Positions 1 through 12,291 of a stretch of DNA of 64,000 nt are shown piece by piece. The stretch covers positions 1,922,001-1,986,000 of the forward strand of contig CM030336.1 in assembly GCA_017654855.1 (NCBI GenBank), in the 5' to 3' direction. The notes beneath the pieces are model-generated. The model had not been told where the DNA came from and ran no database searches. It saw only the letters and a list, made by a program, of their open reading frames with translations. The stretch is from Podospora anserina (lineage: Eukaryota). Both the position numbers and the translations under genes were made by a program. Numbering within the stretch: position 1 is the stretch's first letter; each line of letters starts with the position of its first letter.

Positions 1-141
1 CAATTTTTAGGACCATGGAACAAAAATCTGCAGCATTCGTGTATGGTGCCGCCATTGTCGAAACTCTAATAACATGACATCATGACCCACCTTCCGAACT
101 TCGATATCAAGCCACCAGAGCAGGTACGAGTTCCTCTTCCG

Positions 142-1314
142 TCAACTCCTCAGATACCCACAAACCCTCTCCCCCCACCTAACCCCCCCCTTATAAACCC
201 ACATCCCCTTCGCATTCCCCCCCCTCAACCCCTCCACCGCCACCGCCAGCTCCTCCCCCCTCCCCTCCCCCCTAATCTCATCCAACCCATACAAAAAGGT
301 TTTGAAACTAAACACGATCCCCCTCGTCCCCGGCAGTCTCGTCAAGGTCTGCAACTCAACCCTCAACCTCGTCTGACTAACATCAATACCCTCCCTATCC
401 TCCTCCGTCAAACTATCCACTTCATGCTCATGGATGTGGTTACCGCTCGGCGTGTACAGCTCCTTATGCGTCTGAAGCCCCCAGTTCACCCTCTTAACTG
501 GCTTTCCCACTTCCAGTTTGGAGAAGAATTTCTCCATGCTAGCACCGATTTTGCCGTAGGAAGGAACAGGACCGTGGATGCCGGCTAGGGTTTGGTCTAG
601 CTTTGTTGAAGGGTCGAAGCCGGAGGGGTGGCAGCAGAGGAAGGCCACGCAGCGGTGGAGGCCGGTAGCCGGGTCGGGGAGCAGGAGGAAGATGTCGTCT
701 TCGATGGTTGTGGCCAGGGTGGAAAGGAGCTCGTCGGGGGGGAGGTCAAGGGGGGAGACTGGAGAGAGGCAAGAGGTGATTTTGTTGTGAAGGGTTGTTC
801 GATCGGGAGAGAGGGAGAACATGGTTGGGTAGCGGGTGGGTAGGTAGGTGGCCATGAGGTAGGCGTAGAGCTCCCTGATGGGGGCGATGCCAGAGGGGAT
901 GTACCCTTTGACAACTTTTGGGTGGGAGGCCAGGATTGCTTTCCGAGCGGTGACTCGATCGAGATAGTTCTTATCCATGATGATCAGCTCTGACGGGGAG
1001 GAGGTCTGAATGGCCATGGTGATGTGGTATTTTGGCTTGAAGGGCCGGAGCTGGAGGGGTGGTGTGTCCTGCCATGAGAAGTCGTGAAGAGGTTCGATTT
1101 TGACCTCATTGTGAATGTCTTCATCGGTTGTCTGCTTCGCGATGCCGGGCTTCTCTCTGTTGTCGTTGAAGCTCGGATGAGGATAAGGTGATGCGGGCTG
1201 ATGAGGAGGTGGGGATCGGCCCGAGAGTCGCCAAGCGACAACTGTTGCCGCGACGAGCAACAGTACCAGAAGCACCCCGATCATCAAAGACATGTTCAAC
1301 AAAGTTATACACAT
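142..1314 (-). CDS. DUF3445 / heme-dependent oxidative N-demethylase alpha-like (HRQ-family) protein with N-terminal membrane anchor
   Basis: 390-aa single-exon ORF with a hydrophobic N-terminus and motifs RPFKPKYHITM, YLPTRYP, EDDIFLL, CHPSGFDP, IHGPVP, RVNW and LRVELQTLTRLP recalled as typical of fungal DUF3445 proteins. Confidence 0.75.
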   Translation of the reverse strand: MCITLLNMSLMIGVLLVLLLVAATVVAWRLSGRSPPPHQPASPYPHPSFNDNREKPGIAKQTTDEDIHNEVKIEPLHDFSWQDTPPLQLRPFKPKYHITMAIQTSSPSELIIMDKNYLDRVTARKAILASHPKVVKGYIPSGIAPIRELYAYLMATYLPTRYPTMFSLSPDRTTLHNKITSCLSPVSPLDLPPDELLSTLATTIEDDIFLLLPDPATGLHRCVAFLCCHPSGFDPSTKLDQTLAGIHGPVPSYGKIGASMEKFFSKLEVGKPVKRVNWGLQTHKELYTPSGNHIHEHEVDSLTEEDREGIDVSQTRLRVELQTLTRLPGTRGIVFSFKTFLYGLDEIRGEGRGEELAVAVEGLRGGNAKGMWVYKGGVRWGERVCGYLRS

Positions 1315-1579
1315 GTCTCTGTTGGGGAAGTTGATATCTGTGTATTATAAGAAAAGAAGCCAATGTTTGGGCAAGAGCTCTGATATCATCTGACATCTCC
1401 CGTCCTCGGCCACCCCGAAAGATAGTGCCTACCCCACCTTGATCAAGATGACTCCAAGATCTGGGCTTTGATACGCCCACGTTGTCCACAGAACCTTTAG
1501 TAACGGCCACCGATCGGAGTGCATTCACAGGGATCCGCCATGCAGTTAGGCTGATCCAGACCCGGCTGGGGAGGACACT

Positions 1580-2990
1580 GCTCTCATCGAAATCATGCCT
1601 TCAAAGGGACTTGGTCGAAAGACTAACAAGGTTCATTGATAGAATATGGTCGGAACGTTTTCCAGAGATATACAACGGGGTATTCTTCTTAAACTAGTAT
1701 AAGTCTTGTCCATTCAGGACTTTGCGGCCCTCCTTTATTCTTCCCCAACCAGGGGACATCAATGTAAAGCAACATGCTTTGAGCCGGCCATCTTTGACCG
1801 CACCAAACGGGTTCACCGCTGTCTGAGGTGTACACGAGGCATCTTGCACCTCGAACGTAATGTCTTTCTCCATCCGCATCTGGTCTTGGGCCGTCCAGCG
1901 GACACCGATCCCCTGCACAGAAGCCCAGGACCAAGTCGATTCAATGTAGCGTTCTGGTCGGGTGCCTATGTCGGCCTTATTTGTACATCACAAAAGGTCC
2001 GCGTCAGGTTTTTGGTTCCATAGCCCAGCCAAGTACACAGGGTAGGGGCACAGCCCTGTTGCGACTTTGGATGTGAGTCCTGAAAGCGCGGGCAGTCTGT
2101 CCGAGCGCACAGTCAGGGCCCGTTTCGAATAGTTTTCAACAACTCTCCCCCAGCTCTTGGAAAACAAATATCTCGTCCTGTCGACCTTGCAGAACCCTGA
2201 CCCGCAGTCTTGGACAAGCTGTCTTAACTGAGCCCCAGACCTCTTCAACAGCCCATCCCGTTCACCCTTGCAAAATCAAACAATTGCGTGGGTTGCTGGA
2301 CCATGCACCTGGCTCCCAGTGTATCCCATTAGCTCCGTTGGATGGCTCGAACCCTGAAGCTAAAAGATTGTATGATGCGTCGGAATGAGAGCAAGCTTGT
2401 GGAAAGTCCCAGTGAGAGGTACCACTCGACAGCTCTCGATCTTGCTCGGTACACTCACATCTTGTCAACTTTCCCATCCCGTCTCGAATTCTCCAAAATG
2501 CAAGACTCTCTTTGACAAGTTACGTTCTTGAAAGGCCCATGCCCGCGCTTGAAGTATAGACTCGTGATTTCTTGGTATCGTCGCGCTATCATTGTCATGA
2601 GGGCGGTTGGATGGCCGATGCGTTGGAGTCTCTCTGTAAGTGTTAACATACCACCCGTGCACCTGTATGGCTCAATGACCACTCTGAGATCTTCGTCAGG
2701 GATCCGCTTCCCGTGTAGCAATAGCCTGCTTTCATAGCATGATAAACCAGAACCACTGCTGTTCCCCACATCTGCCGCTATGGTGATAGTAGCGCCCACA
2801 TATATGTTGTGCATCTGAGCGGCCTGCTCCTCCCAGTCCAGCATCGAATCCTGAATGATACAAAGAGCATCAACCCGAAGATATCGGAAGCCTAACTGGC
2901 GGGTGACGTGGATGGCGTGCTGAAGCGTGAGAGGCAGTGATGACGGAGAGACTGCTTGTCCGCTAGGCATACTTGACGGGCAGGAAACAT
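1580..2990 (-). pseudogene. HET (heterokaryon incompatibility) domain pseudogene
   Basis: HET motifs are spread over different frames: LPLTLQHAI..TRQLGFRYLRVDALCIIQD..DWEEQAAQM..IY (2455-2970), RAWAFQER.LS.RVLHF (2465-2662) and W..VVENYS.R.LT..SDRLPALSG..YLAGLW (1988-2248). An in-frame TGA at 1988-1990 is followed by TWSWASV. Boundaries are approximate. Confidence 0.85.
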
Positions 2991-3751
2991 GCAGGCTTCT
3001 TGCTGGCCCAATATCGTGGGAGTGCCCATGCAGTGACGGGGTAGGATAGTGAAATTCCGGAAAAAGAAAAAAAGGAAAAGAAAATTGATACAGTGGCTCA
3101 ATATGTGGTCAAAAAAAGGTGTGGTAAAAGGTGATGAATTGAGAAAGAACTATCAAACAGGTGCTTCAATCAAATAGATGCTTGATGCGTGAGGGGCCCA
3201 AGCGGAGCGAGGTGGAACCCAGGGCTGATAAGAGAGAGCTCTATAAGGGGCGTGAAGAGTGTTGTGTGAATGGCCTCTCCCAACACTTCAGGTCTCAAAA
3301 GTGAATATCCAAAATGACCAAGCTTCAAACTGGGCCGGCATCTTTCCGCCCACTTGACAGTCACCCACCCCGCTACCAAACGCCTGTCGTGGGTGAGATT
3401 TCCGTAAGTATGTGGAATCCATGATGGAAATGGTTTTGATTGTCCAACCTACTATTGGGGGGGTGCAAATAGAGCAAGTGCCTTGACATGCCCTGATATA
3501 TCTTTCTTAATCCGTTCATACATCACAGGTCCAAACGAGCAGCTGTCCAAACCGATAACAACATGAAATTAGGAGTCTTTCACAACTTCATCACCCCCCT
3601 CCCTTTCCAAGTTTTCAACAGAATAGCCCAGGTATCTCATGAAAAATCAAAACAACAAAACCCCCTCCATCCCAAACACATTTCAAACCACACCCCTTCG
3701 GTCCGGTTCAGTCATCAAACTCCCCAACCCTAAATCAGAATCAAATCCCCT

Positions 3752-5956
3752 TCACAGTCTCCCCCCAACCCCACCACCCTTGACCTCCCCCTCCGTCTCC
3801 GACAAGGTATTCGTCCCACTCCCCAGCCTCCCCTCCCCCCCAACCCGCCCCTGATGATGATCCATCGTATAAAGCGGCCTCAGCTTCGCCTCCCTCCTCC
3901 ACAAAACCCACCTCTTGAACCACCAAGGCAGCACATGCCGCACCTGATACCCCGCAAACTCCCTCGTCGGCACCGCAAACACATAATCCAGCTCCTCCAG
4001 CGTCTTCTGCTTCGTCTCGGGCACCCAAAAGAAAATCATCACCAGCGCCAGGGCATTAAACCCGGCATACAACCCAAACGCACCCACCGTCCCCAGCGAC
4101 TCGAGCAAGAACGGGAACGTCATGCCCAGCACCGCCGCCCAAAAGAGACACGTCGCGACCGAGAACCCCATGCCTACTTCTCTGTGCGAGAGGGGGAACA
4201 CCTCGGCGCTGTAGGTGAACGGCACCGGGCCCTCGCCGGGTGAGTAAAACGCGGCAAAGAGGTAGACAAACAGCGCCACGAGGGCGGTCCGGGCGGTTCC
4301 CTGCTCCAGCAGCGTGCAGAGGCCGGCCGCCAGCAGGGTCCACGTCATCTGCGGGAAGGTGAACAGCAGGAGTGATCTCCGGCCAAAGGTGTCAATCGTC
4401 CAAAAGGCGGGGAAGGCAAACAGCCAGTTGACCAGCCCGAACCCAAACGACGCGAGCAGAGCCTGGTAGTCGTCCTGCCCGGCGTCCTTGAAGATGGTGG
4501 TCGAGTAAAAGGCAATGATGTTGATGCCGCACATTTGCTGGGCGATCATGACGGTGAAGGCGGCCAGGGTGGCCCGGCGCACGCGGGGAATGGTGAAGAG
4601 CTCAGCCATGCGCTGAAAGTACCACGAGTTGCGAAGGAGTTGCTCCTCGAGTTCGAGCTGGGAGTGGATGTAGAAGATGTCGCGGGCTACCTGGATCGGG
4701 TGGTTTCGCAGTCTGATCATGGCATCCCAGGCTTTGCCGTAGCGGTTCTTCTTCATGTACCAACGAGGTGACTCGGGGCAAAAGTAGATGAGCACGAGGA
4801 GAGGGACCGCGGGGATAAAGGGGGCGCCGAGCATCAGACGCCAGTTGATGTCTCCTGCGCTCCACACAGCCAAGTTGAATGCGGTACCCAACATGATGCC
4901 GAATGCCGTCCACATTTCTGTCGTCTCGTATTAGTAAAAACTCCGTTCCGTCGCACATCATGTTGATGAGCACTTACGCCAGGACATGACCAGAGCACCA
5001 CGGATCGAGGCCGGCGAGTTCTCAGCTGCGTAGATAGGCACAGTCGAAGCCTTGACGCCCATACCGACACCCATGAAGAGACGGCAAATCAGCTGCTCCC
5101 ACCACGTGTGGCAGAAAGCAGAACCGATCACAGGCCAAAGACAGAAATGCGCGCTGAAGAAGATGACACCACGACGGCCCCACAGGTTGCTGGGCAGAAA
5201 CATGTCAGTTATGCCATTGCTACTCCTGCCATGGAAACTGGGACTTACTTGATCGGATCAGACAACCAGCACCCACACAGTGCACTCCCAAGATACGGAC
5301 CGGCATTGACCAGCCCGAGAAGAAGCTTGTCCCGGGTTGATGTGCCACCAATTCCGTAGATATCCGGGAAGAAGATGTTCGCTCCATTCGTGCCGGTCTG
5401 ATCCCACCCCTGAACAGCGGCACCGATCGAGCAAGTCGCAATAGTCAGGAAGAGCTTGGCAGGGAGGCGCCACTTGTGCTCGACCTCGTCCCGCAAGACC
5501 TTTTTCTCTGCCTCGTCGAGGGCCTCGGTTCCTTCGATTCTGTCGTAGTCGTCCGGGTTCTGGGCGACGAGAGCACCTTTGCGGAAAAGCTGGACATGTT
5601 GAGCCAGTCCTTTTTCTTCGCAAAAGGCCTCTACCCGCCGCATTAGCTGGTCTCGTGGGATGCCCTCAAGGGGGTTTTTGATCCTGCGTTGAAGATATGT
5701 GTAAGTGGTTGGGCCATCTATTAGTGCTTCCATCCAATGGTAAGTATCTCACCTAGCTTCCAGGTTGGCATTGAGGTCGACATGGTCGTCTGCGGACCGG
5801 CCTTTCTCGAGATGATGTCCGGTGGCACCCTTGGGCTCGCTGCTACTTGCGGGGTGTCAGTTCAAAGTCTACACTGCCATTAACTGGGTGTTTTTTCCCG
5901 CACAGTTTCTCATTCCCAGTAGTGCCGGTGTCCGAAATAGTTGGACTGTCCGGCAT
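3752..5956 (-). CDS. MFS sugar/polyol (myo-inositol-like) transporter, 5 exons
   Basis: Sugar-porter motifs QGWDQ, GRR, PIYAAE..PA.IRG, PESPRW, QQMCGIN, D.FGRR and VPETK. GT-AG introns join the ORF pieces; ATG at 5956 (MPDSPTISD). Confidence 0.93.
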
Positions 5957-8200
5957 GGTTGCGGTGGTGGGGGATGGTTGTCAACAGTAGATGGTAGATA
6001 GATAGTCTGAGTGCTCTTGAGCTAAATGAGAATGGAAACACAACGGGACAGAGCGCCACCGGACGAGGTAGTCTTAATATTCCCCGGTATCCCACGCACG
6101 CAGGTGGCTGACCTGAGTTGCACCGATGTCGTACCCCGTGCTCCCTTCATCCCCCTCACCCATCACCCTTTTTCCCCGCAGAGAGGCAACAGGACATGAA
6201 AACTCTGGATAAACCTGGTAGGTGACTGGCCTGGCGGGTGCAACAACAGACTTGCAACTGTGAAGGAAGTGATCGACCCCATGCCAAGGCGGAACTGTTG
6301 GTAGGGTCTAACACAAGCTTAACTCGGAACCTTTTGTGTCGACCCTGTCCATCATTCCCTCAGGGTCCCACTCTCTTGCTGCAAGCAGGCTTATACGCAG
6401 CAGGACACCGAAAGGATGAATAAATCTCGGTCAGACGTGCAGAAGGAAAGCAGGGTTTGCTGCCTTTGGTCCTCATCACGCAGTGAAGATCCCAGAACGC
6501 TACCCTGAATGCGGTTGTACCCTCGCGGATGATGTTGGGAGCTTTTGCATGTGGCATGCCGTGTTTCCGTTGCAAGAGGACATGAATCATGAACATGCCC
6601 GTGTTGTGATGCTCTGGCCTACCCGACAGAATGGACAGAGGGTTCCGCTGATCAACATCCCCGGATTTTGCTGTGGATGAAATGCAAAACAATGCCTCCC
6701 AAAAAAGACATGTGCCAGGCCATCTCGAGATATGGGCAGTCGGACAAAAGAAAAGCCATCGACGCCATCTGAGATCCCTCCCACGGCACACAACGTGAGA
6801 CCCTGGTTGAGGCGTCAGGCTTGGCGGTCACTGCCGAGGGGGCCCGCTCTTGGCTGACGCAATTTGTACCGGACACACTCCTCCTTGTCTCCTCCTGTCA
6901 AAGCCTTTGGCGTTTCTTGGAATTAGTGTCAAGAAGGGCTATCGGTCCGATGACTTACAGAAGATTTCCTTTTGGAGGCAGGCCAAGAGCGAGAAAAAGA
7001 GAAGGTCAAAGGCCAAGTTGGTCAAGAGATGGTGGCGTCTGGGAGTGAAATGCTTGAGACTGACAACATCTCGACTTCATCCGTAGGTAGACATGATAGA
7101 GGGGGGAGATACTCGCAGGATGGTGTGTCTCGTATGTCGTATGTATGTCAATCAATTCAATGGGACAGCACACGGCATGCTATCGTGCATACTGTAGGAA
7201 GACGACTGCTGGACGGGAAGTGCCCCGGTTGTAACGGCGAGAAGCGAACGAATGGATGGATGGGTCGATGGCTGCCCCGCGGGGATAACGACAGGCGGGG
7301 TACCCCATATGGGGGCGGGTAACTTTGGCACTTTTGGATCCGAGTGCCATGCGAAGCTCCTTCTCCATAAATTGTTGATCACAGGGAGCCACTTCACGGT
7401 TCGGTGTGATGATTGGGATATGTGTTTATCCTCCTTTCAGAGACCCAATCCACCTTCTCGTTTCGGTCATTTATTGCAGAAGTTGTGTTTCATTGCACCT
7501 GCTGTCCCATCCAAAGCTCGAGATTGTTTCTGCGAAGGATCTCACCGCTTGTCGGTTTGGTTATCACATTGTCCAACAACCCTCCGAAGCAAAGCGACCA
7601 CACTCTGCGACCTGCCGTGACTCCATCTTCGATCGAATAATCCCCCGGGTGTGCTGACGGCCATGACTGGTCAGATATCAGAGACAACCCGACCCCATAC
7701 GCCCCGCCTCTTTATATACCGAACAATACTGCGATCAACAGCCAAACTCCACCACCGATCGCCACCAATGGTCGGCCATCCGGGGGCAGCTTGCCGATTC
7801 CGTGCCCCGGACAGACAGCCCTCTCCGGCAGTGGGCTCGGCTGAGCTCGGCCTGGAACACTCGTCTCGGACTTTGTCGTATATGCTTGGCATTATACGAC
7901 ATGAAGCCATCACGGCGTCTGCTGACCATTTTCGACTCAAAAGTTCCCCGACTGTGGTTTCATGCCCCTGGACTGAGTGCCTACTCACCCAAGGAAGCCT
8001 GTGATATCATTTTGCCGGCCATGACAAGATCCCCCCCTAGTAGCCTCGACTTGCAAAACTTGAAAAAGACCATGCCTGGAATGGTAATCTCAAGATGCTC
8101 ACCACACTTTATATACGCATAGTATCACCGAACCAATTGACTACCTTTTCTAAACTCGAGATCCCCAAACTAGAAAATCATCCATGGAAAACAGTCCCAA

Positions 8201-9706
8201 TCAATACCTCACCCCCCTAGGCCCCTCCTCCTCCTCAAACCTTCTAAACATCTTGCCCACCATCCACCCCTCCACCCCCTTGATATACCCCTGCCTCGCC
8301 AGCACCTCCAAACTCAGCCTCGCGTACTTTTCCGCCTTGTCCATGTCGTTCAACACAAAGTAAATCCTGCTCATATTCTCCAACTGCTCACTCTCAAGCG
8401 GGAAGAGCTCCTCCTTTGGCAGAAGAGGCAAGATCTGTCTCGTCAGGCGCAGAGCTTGGTACGGCTTGTTGGCTTGGAAGGCGCGGATGGCGAGGTCTTG
8501 GAGCTTTGCGATTTCTTTCCGGCGGGCGTCGGAGGCGACGATGGTGGAGGGGGGGGAGGTGCAGAGGGGGCAGGAGCAGGTGAAGCCCCATTTTTTGAGG
8601 AGGTGGGCGCGTTCCAAGGAGGTTTTGCCTAGGGTTAGGTCTAAGGAGGGAAGGGGTTAGTGAATTGGGCTCACGGAAGGGGGAAGGGGGATGAGAAAAG
8701 GACGGACAGGAGATGGTGATTTCCTCGCCCGGGGAGATGGGTTTGGAGGCTGCGATGGAGACTTGGAGGGATTCTTGGATGAAGCGGGTGTAGGCGCTGG
8801 AGGGATGTGCTGTTAGCATTTTGCTTCTGCAAGGGGGTTGGAAGAGTCTTACTTTGGCATGCAAGCGTGGTTTATTCTCTGGTGTTGGGTCAGCCTTTAT
8901 CTATCTCACTTCTTTCCGCTATTCAACAGCCCCGTGGGGGAGACAAGACTCACCGAAACAGTAGGATAAACCGCCATGTAATCCCCCTCCCCGACCCTCG
9001 TGCTAAACGCATTCGTCCTCAGAACGTTCTCCACCACATCCTGAGCGTGCTCGCTGCTCTTCCCCAGTTCCATCACACCGTTACCCCCATCACCCATCTG
9101 TTCGACCGCTTTATGCAGCAGTCTGTACCCCCTCAACGCATTCACCTCCACCGTGAAACCAACATCCACCACGAGCGTGGCATAGTCAAGTAAAATCTCC
9201 TCCCATTGCTTGATTTCCTTCGTGGCTATGACGCCCTTGCCTTTTCCGGGGATGGTAACGACTTTGTATTTCTCGCCTTCAGCGCCGTCCGAGGGTTTGG
9301 GCAAGGGGAGGTCAAGAAACCAGGAGGCAACGTCTGCGGCGCGGGAGGGCGTGGTGACAAGGGAGAAGCCGCGGTGGCCGTGGTGGGAGTTGGTGTAGGT
9401 GCAGTATTGACCGGTCAGGCCATTGGTGAGCTCGCAGACTGGGGCGTGGGTCCAGGGGGTGATGTGGGAGCTGGAGTTGGAAAAGAGGGTTTCTGTCAGT
9501 GAACCAGGGATGGGACGGGGGCAGCTGGCAGAGAGGAGTTGGTGTGGCGTGAAAGCTGGGGGTGGGGAGGAGGGACATTGGTATTTGGGGTTGTGGATGG
9601 TGGATAACGCCAGTGTTGTTGTTGATGAAGCGAGGAGGGACCATGTGGTGAGAAACCTGAGGGGTAATAAGGGGGCCCCTTTTCTTCGGCTGCGTGTTGG
9701 GAACAT
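8201..9706 (-). CDS. SET-domain (SMYD/Set5-like) lysine methyltransferase, 4 exons
   Basis: IPGKGKGVIATKEI, NAF, RINHAC.PN (26-nt exon 8853-8878), GEEITISY, post-SET WGFTCSCPLC and a helical C-terminus. Confidence 0.88.
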
Positions 9707-10403
9707 TATCGCTGTAAAGCTCAAGTACACTGAACAGAAATGGAAAATCAATGGATTCGATTTAGATCTCAGATTCAATCCCCCCTGGATTTCAAAAATC
9801 AACAAGAACAATCTGTCCACAGTTCCAGATTCTCGGCTTCAAATGCATGGCGCCCAGCCTCACAAAGTCGAGGATAAATTGCTTCCTGCCCTTCCCCATC
9901 CTCACAAAATGCCGATCCTGTTCGTCTTTCTCTTGCCGTGCAGAGCAATGTTTGGTAGCAAGATATGAGGCAAAAGTAAAAGACAGGCAGCCAAGTCCTT
10001 GGCCACGTGCTTGGCCGGATCGTACCGGCTGAGCCATGTGCTGTCCCGGCCGTGTTTGTCTCACGGTGGATGATGTGTGGACGGATAAATTCGACATCCC
10101 TCGGCACGTACCGAGTTTGGGAATGGCGCATGGGCAAGCTTCATCCCCAACCTCCATGACTTACTCTCTCCAGGGTAGGTAGTTCCTTCTTTGGAATAAT
10201 GGTCATGATGGGGGGCACCAGAAACTGGTCGTGCTTGCCCATCGCAACAAGCCCGGAAGGAAATGTAGTGTAATCACGTCACTTGCCTCCACAACTGAGG
10301 GAGTACTTTAACCCAACATTAGACTGTCTTCCCAGACCAACTCTCATTCTTCATCATCTTTCTTCAAGGTCATTCTTTTCTTCATAGAGCATCAACAAGC
10401 ATC

Positions 10404-11741
10404 ATGAATCCCCAACCAACGGCGCCTCGGACTCCCAAGTCCGCTGCCATTAACGGCATTATCAAGGAGACGCAGAATCGACCCGACCTCGAAACACTCA
10501 AACGTCTCTACGAAAAGCTCCATGCAGACCCCGAGCTCCCCGGTCGCGAAGAGCGTACTGCACATGTCGTAAAAACTCACCTCGAAGCTCTCGGATTCAG
10601 AGTTCGTGCTCGCATCGGCGGCCACGGCGTTGTGGGAGTGTTAGACAACCAACGCGGGCCACGCGGCCGTACCGTTCTCCTCAAGGCCGAGCTCGATGCT
10701 CTGCCCATACAAGAGAAAACAAACCTATCATACGCAAGCACCAAAAGAATCAAAGACCCCGTCGACAAAAAAAAGAAGCCCGTCATGCACGCCTCCGGCC
10801 ATGACATGCACATCACCATGGTCCTAGCTGCAGCAGCACTCCTCCAAAAGGCCAAAAAGAAGTGGCGTGGCTGCCTCATAGTTCTCTTCCAACCAGACTC
10901 ACAAGGACGCGGTGCTAAGTCCATGATGGAATCCGGACTATACGACAAGTTCCAATTTCCCAACCCAAACATCGTATTATGTCAACACATCAACAACAAA
11001 AGCGCAGGCAAGCTTCAGCTTCTAAGGGGCAACGACCTAGGAGAAAGGTTATCATTTCTCATCACGATCCCCGGAAAGGGAGGGCACTCGACCACCCCGG
11101 AAGGCTGTATTAACCCCATTCTCATCGCCTCGTCGCTGGTGCCGGAACTCCAAACAATGATTCAAACGCTCTACAACCCCAACAGCCCCGCGCTTGTTAC
11201 CTGCGTGAGAATTAACGCCGGCCACGCTACCAACGAAATCCCCGACAAGGCCGAGCTGACGGTCGAAGTCAGAGCCTTCTCTGGCGATATGATGAAGCTG
11301 CTCGTTGAGGCGATCGACCTCGTGGTGGGGAAGGAATTCGAGAACGCGGGAGTATTGAAGAAGAAGAAGACAATCCAGAGGCTTGACCAGTTTGTTTCAC
11401 CGCTTATCAACGACCCAGATGCGCTACACAAAATTGGGGTGCAGTTTGAAGATTATTTTGGGCGGGAGCAGATTCAACCCATGAACCTGGAGATGGCCAT
11501 GGGCAAGCTGGGTGATGATTTGGCTGTTCTTGCTCGAGAGGGCATTCCCCATGCGTATTGGACGCTTAGGAGCACGAGTCCGGGTATTTGGGACACGTAT
11601 GAGAGGGACGGGCGTTTGCATGAGTTGCCGGATACCCACACGGCCGAGTTTGCACCGGCCGAGGAGCCCACGTTGAGCGTGGGGATGGAGGCGTTGGCGG
11701 TAGCGGCGTTGACGTATCTGAAGACGGAGGGTGAGTTTTGA
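10404..11741 (+). CDS. Peptidase M20D-family amidohydrolase homolog (hippurate hydrolase-like) with degenerate active site
   Basis: 445-aa intronless ORF with LH..PEL..E..TA, GGHGVVG, ELDALP, MHASGHD, GKGGH and terminal H..EF. Confidence 0.88.
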   Translation: MNPQPTAPRTPKSAAINGIIKETQNRPDLETLKRLYEKLHADPELPGREERTAHVVKTHLEALGFRVRARIGGHGVVGVLDNQRGPRGRTVLLKAELDALPIQEKTNLSYASTKRIKDPVDKKKKPVMHASGHDMHITMVLAAAALLQKAKKKWRGCLIVLFQPDSQGRGAKSMMESGLYDKFQFPNPNIVLCQHINNKSAGKLQLLRGNDLGERLSFLITIPGKGGHSTTPEGCINPILIASSLVPELQTMIQTLYNPNSPALVTCVRINAGHATNEIPDKAELTVEVRAFSGDMMKLLVEAIDLVVGKEFENAGVLKKKKTIQRLDQFVSPLINDPDALHKIGVQFEDYFGREQIQPMNLEMAMGKLGDDLAVLAREGIPHAYWTLRSTSPGIWDTYERDGRLHELPDTHTAEFAPAEEPTLSVGMEALAVAALTYLKTEGEF

Positions 11742-12214
11742 GCAAGGAGCGAGTTGATCAGGTCAGTCTGACGCAGCGTAAATATTAACATGCATTGTAC
11801 TTTTGTTTGAACCATGGCTGTTAAGAGATTGAATAGGCGTCGAATGCATAATTAAACAGGCCTCGAGGCATAAACAATAAGATGATCAAGGATTTGTCCC
11901 ATCCATGCCTCGTAAACTTTTATTCTTTTCTCAGAGAGCTCTACTTCTGACTCTCTGAAGTGTTTGCTTGGGTCAAGCATAGTGGAGATGGAAATCCTCT
12001 TGTGTAAGAAATTCTAACAGGTGGGTAGCTAGTACATTTCACCGTTACCGAAAACATGATTTTAAGCTCTCATTTTTGTGGTGTGTGTGTGTGTGTGTCT
12101 ATCGTGCCTTAATTCATCATCAACTGCATCTGCGTCCGTGTGTGAGCCCGATATCTTCTATTCGGGTATCAAGAGCCTTTGAAAAAAAAACAAAAAAAAC
12201 AAAAAACAAAAAGT

Positions 12215-12219
12215 GTAGT

Positions 12220-12266
<47 letters not shown>

Positions 12267-12291
12267 TAGTAGTCGTAGTAGTTGTTGTTGT
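12215..12291. repeat. Compound trinucleotide microsatellite (GCA)n(GTA)n(GTT)n, with a (GT)n run at about 12077-12098
   Basis: Directly visible, downstream of the cyclin stop codon. Confidence 0.9.

Noticed and set aside
6080..7290. CreA/CRE-1 SYGGRG sites upstream of the sugar transporter, including palindromic CCCCGCGGGG at 7275
   Set aside because: Plausible, but the motif is short and common at this GC content and cannot be told from background by eye
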